Shown here in pieces: positions 60,516 to 64,000 of a stretch of DNA of 64,000 nucleotides; the stretch's first letter is position 1, and each line of letters opens with the position of its first letter. Under the pieces are notes generated by a model, which was given only the letters and a program-made list of their open reading frames with translations, made no database searches and had not been told where the DNA came from. The position numbers and the translations under genes are program-made. Origin of the DNA: Acinetobacter phage ZZ1; sequence record NC_018087.3, one strand, 5' to 3'.

Positions 60516-63500
60516 ATGGCATTAGATCCAAATATTAACAGAATTAAATTTATGAGATCGAGCACTGCCGGTGCAGTGCCTGCACCGTCTCTATTAGATG
60601 AAGGCGAAATAGCGGTAAACTTAGTTGATCGTACAATATTTTCAAAGAACGGTGCAAATGTAGTAGAACTCGGTTTTGGAAAGGGTGGTACTGTAACAGG
60701 CCCAATCAATGTTACAGGCGGCAATGCAGTATCAGCTTCACAATTCAATGGTGCCTTAAATGGCAACGCTGCAACTGCATCAAGACTTCTTACAGGAAGA
60801 AAAATTAATAATGTAGTTTTTGATGGTACTAAAGATATTACTATCGAAGATTCTACTAAATTATACAAAACCAATGTGCTGACCGCTGCTGGTGATTCTC
60901 GTGTTATTCGTGATGCAGCAACAATTCGTGCATCAGGTACTGCTAAAGGAGCAGTAGTAATTCATTTGCCGAAAAAGGCAAATTCAGATAACACAATGAT
61001 GAAATTGTGCATTCAAGGATTTGATTATGTTGCTGGGCGAGCTACTCAAAGTAACTGGTCTGTAGATATTAGTGGATATAATTACACTGGTGCAGCTTGG
61101 CACTCATACCAAGCAATTTCAACAGGCGGCCCAGCGCCATTCGATACTGTTCGTTGGGGGCAAGCCGACAATCACCAAGTTATTATTTTAGGCGAAGCCG
61201 GTGCATCACCTTCTTCATGGTCATATTACAATATTAGTATTGAGAAAATTTATTTAACTGCTAATAGTGCAGCATCATATGATGATCCTGCTGACCCGAT
61301 TTATATGGCAATTGAAGCCGATATATCTAACTATACAATAAATGCCACTATGCCACTTGAAGGTGTAGCAATGGCTAAACGTTTAGAAATAGGCCGTACA
61401 TTTACTTTCACTGGTGACGCTAGAGGTTCATTGTCATTTGACGGTACTGCAAACGTTGCAACAGCGTTGACAATTAATTCTGCAACTACAGGCCAAGCAG
61501 GTTTAGTTAAATTAAACAATACATTAACTTCTACATCTGTCACAGAAGCGTTAACTGCTGCTCAAGGCAAAGCCCTTCAAGACACCAAAGTCAATAGAAG
61601 TGGAGATACCATTTCAGGACGTTTAGTCGTTACTCAAGGTATTACTACTCCTAGCATTAGTAATGACGTCACCGTACCGATTAGCTTTTTAGGGCCTAGT
61701 GTTAATAATTCAAATGCTGGCGGAATACGAGTAAGAAATCTAGAAGTAAATGGCGCTTATGGGGAAGCGACACGACCATTCGGTATTTTTTCTAAAGATG
61801 GTATTGTTACTGGTGATTCAATGTCATACTCTACATTGGCTGCTCTAGGTACTGGCGATAATATCCCATTTAAAGTAAAAGATACTAATGTTGGAACAAC
61901 ATATGGATTCGTGCCTTTCCTTGGTGGTAGTGTACAATCATCTTCAGGATACAGAACAGTTACATCTATCGGCGTGTATCGCCCAGGACCAAACTGGGCG
62001 GGCTCTGGGATGTATATGGCACTCGGTGGAACTGATAGCGCATCAACTGAAGCGTTTTTATTCAAATTGGGACGAACAATTTCTAGTACAACGGGTCCGG
62101 TTTATCTTGATGGTATTGCTGACTTTTCGAGAAATATTGATGCATCTTCTAGCATGTTTGCAAGTGATGGTACTAGCGGATGGAGAAAATTAGGTACTGC
62201 AACAATTCCGCAGTCTGGTCGAAATGTCACTATTCAACTTTTTGGTGGAATAGGGTTTAATGCAGGAGCTCCATCACAAGCACATCCTACGACTATTGTT
62301 CTGAAATCAGGCAATGGTAACCCAGCATCAATTAACATGGTTGTCAATGTTAATCAAAAGGCTAATATTTTATCTAATGGTGGTTGGACTCCTGGCATCG
62401 GCCCTAGCGCATGTTTTGTTAAATCTACCGATCCTGCTACACCTAATGATTATGACATTTACATTCACACTGGGGGTTATTTGTATGCATCTGTTGTAGT
62501 TATAACAGGTTACCAAACATCTTGGGTGAAGGATTTTCAATATACCGCAGTAGGAGCTAAACCAGATGGTGCAGTCGACGCATATGTGTACAACACATTA
62601 GATTCACTCGACCCTGAAGTGTTTGGCGCAATCACATTTAAAAATTCTGTAGCGACACCTGCAAAAAATACAGAATACACAAAACTGAGCATGATACCTC
62701 CTACTCACACTGGCGGCACATGGCTTCATCGGTTGAATGACACGGTTTCTACTGCAGAATACATCATCAAATATGGGCCGACTCCAGTTCTACGTATGGA
62801 TTCAAGTGGTACAGTTTATACAGCTACTTTACGAAATAGCGGTGCTACACATTTAGGAAATCAAATGGAATTGGGTAATGTCGGTACAGCTAGCCCAGTT
62901 TATATTGATTTTCATTCTGGCGCAAGCGATATCGATTATGACGCCCGTATTATTTCCACTGGCGGAACTACCGCTATAGGAAATGGAGCGTTGTCATATA
63001 TTGCAGCTTCTCATACATTTAATGGCTCAATAGGCGCAGGAATTATTTCTGCTTCTAGTGTTAGTGTATCTACTGGATTAGGTATTGCTAATAGTTCAAA
63101 TACAGTTTTAGCGGGTTTAAGTTTATACGGTGGCGCTCAATCCGGTAAACCAACTTACGGCATTACTTTCACTGGTACTAGTAATGCGGGAACTGGTAGA
63201 CATGGCGATTTGACTAATGCTACATGGGCAGTGTATTTAACTTGTGCCACTGCAGGTGCTGAAAAGCGCGGTTGGATTTTCCAACGAAGTGATAATAACA
63301 CAAATGTTGCATCTATCTCGACTAACGGTGTATTGTCTACTAATGGGAGCATCCAAACATTAAGTGACAACACAATGATCAACGTCGGCAACAACAGCGA
63401 TCTTGCATTAGTTAAAAAGGTCGGTGGAGCGGGATTTATTGGAGTCGGTTCTAACGCAGGATTCGCAGTTAAATGCTCTAACGCGTCATCTGTAGATCCT

Positions 63501-64000
63501 TCTAATACATTTACAAATTTGTTTACAGTAAGTTCGGCAGGTGTTGCTAATGCAGTTGGAGGATTCACTGGTACGTTCAGTGGTACATTCAACGGTACTA
63601 TTAGCGGAACACTTACAGGTTCGCTTAATGGCAATGCATCTACTGCAACCACATTACAAACTGCTCGCGCAATTGGTATTACAGGTTCAGGTGCATCAGG
63701 TTCAGTGCAATTTGATGGATCAGACAACGCTATCATCCCATTAACTGTTGCGACACAAGCCACTGCAACTAACAACACAACAATTGCCACTACAGCATTT
63801 GTTCAAAATGTTAATGTTGCTGAAACTGGCGCATCTGCATACGCAGTACGTTTAAAAACACCGCGATCTTTCCAAATTACTGGTGGCATCACAACAGATG
63901 CAGTATCATTTGACGGACAACAAAACGTTACATTGACCGCATCTAATGTCGATGGTTCTAAAGTTACAGGCAAAGTTCCTGCAGCTGCACAAGCGGATAA
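60516..64000 (+). CDS. 37: long tail fibre distal subunit gp37 (N-terminal ~1161 codons; continues beyond the window)
   Basis: The N-terminus MALDPNINRIKFMRSSTAGAVPAPSLLDEGEIAVNLVDRTIFSKNG matches T4 gp37 ([39 protein letters not shown].K). The frame is open to the window end. Confidence 0.85.
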   Translation, partial: MALDPNINRIKFMRSSTAGAVPAPSLLDEGEIAVNLVDRTIFSKNGANVVELGFGKGGTVTGPINVTGGNAVSASQFNGALNGNAATASRLLTGRKINNVVFDGTKDITIEDSTKLYKTNVLTAAGDSRVIRDAATIRASGTAKGAVVIHLPKKANSDNTMMKLCIQGFDYVAGRATQSNWSVDISGYNYTGAAWHSYQAISTGGPAPFDTVRWGQADNHQVIILGEAGASPSSWSYYNISIEKIYLTANSAASYDDPADPIYMAIEADISNYTINATMPLEGVAMAKRLEIGRTFTFTGDARGSLSFDGTANVATALTINSATTGQAGLVKLNNTLTSTSVTEALTAAQGKALQDTKVNRSGDTISGRLVVTQGITTPSISNDVTVPISFLGPSVNNSNAGGIRVRNLEVNGAYGEATRPFGIFSKDGIVTGDSMSYSTLAALGTGDNIPFKVKDTNVGTTYGFVPFLGGSVQSSSGYRTVTSIGVYRPGPNWAGSGMYMALGGTDSASTEAFLFKLGRTISSTTGPVYLDGIADFSRNIDASSSMFASDGTSGWRKLGTATIPQSGRNVTIQLFGGIGFNAGAPSQAHPTTIVLKSGNGNPASINMVVNVNQKANILSNGGWTPGIGPSACFVKSTDPATPNDYDIYIHTGGYLYASVVVITGYQTSWVKDFQYTAVGAKPDGAVDAYVYNTLDSLDPEVFGAITFKNSVATPAKNTEYTKLSMIPPTHTGGTWLHRLNDTVSTAEYIIKYGPTPVLRMDSSGTVYTATLRNSGATHLGNQMELGNVGTASPVYIDFHSGASDIDYDARIISTGGTTAIGNGALSYIAASHTFNGSIGAGIISASSVSVSTGLGIANSSNTVLAGLSLYGGAQSGKPTYGITFTGTSNAGTGRHGDLTNATWAVYLTCATAGAEKRGWIFQRSDNNTNVASISTNGVLSTNGSIQTLSDNTMINVGNNSDLALVKKVGGAGFIGVGSNAGFAVKCSNASSVDPSNTFTNLFTVSSAGVANAVGGFTGTFSGTFNGTISGTLTGSLNGNASTATTLQTARAIGITGSGASGSVQFDGSDNAIIPLTVATQATATNNTTIATTAFVQNVNVAETGASAYAVRLKTPRSFQITGGITTDAVSFDGQQNVTLTASNVDGSKVTGKVPAAAQAD

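Noticed and set aside
60512-63790. Antisense and alt-frame ORFs within gene 37 (60512..60874 -, 61331..61543 -, 61757..62065 -, 63155..63790 - of 211 aa, 61888..62193 +, 62314..62499 +, 63541..63744 +)
   Set aside because: They are the low-complexity Pro/Val/Ala-rich mirror of a Gly/Thr/Ala/Ser-rich fibre gene, and the sense frame matches T4 gp37.

Overview
This window is a segment of a T4-like (Tevenvirinae-type) myovirus genome, AT-rich and conserved in gene order with coliphage T4. Left to right it contains: neck genes 13/14; a freestanding HNH homing endonuclease; gene 15; terminase 16/17 with an extra ORF inserted between them; tail sheath 18 and tube 19; portal 20; prohead core 67/68; protease 21; scaffold 22; major capsid 23; vertex 24; hoc/inh on the opposite strand; uvsW; and a variable block of small Cys-rich ORFs where uvsY would sit. 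Then come baseplate hub genes 25/26 (minus) and 51/27/28/29/48/54 (plus), and an alt locus with two paralogous ADP-ribosyltransferases. A long minus-strand early block follows: DNA ligase 30, HAD nucleotidase, NADAR, rIII-like, gp31, cd, Nudix, pnk, rnlA, nrdB, nrdA, td, frd, gene 32, 59, 33, dsbA, rnh. The window ends with long tail fiber genes 34-35-36 and the start of 37. Eight TATAAATA late-promoter matches and many GC hairpin terminators are positioned sensibly. I found no tRNA, CRISPR, integrase or group I intron. The most interesting locus is the ADP-ribosylation/ADP-ribose-processing neighbourhood: Alt, a frameshifted Alt paralog, a NADAR domain protein, a Nudix hydrolase and a HAD nucleotidase. 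Other points of interest are a CHAP-like peptidase domain fused to the C-terminus of baseplate hub gp27, insertions in the neck/terminase operon, single-nucleotide frame disruptions in four conserved genes (15, 51, 32, alt paralog), and the absence of a recognisable uvsY.
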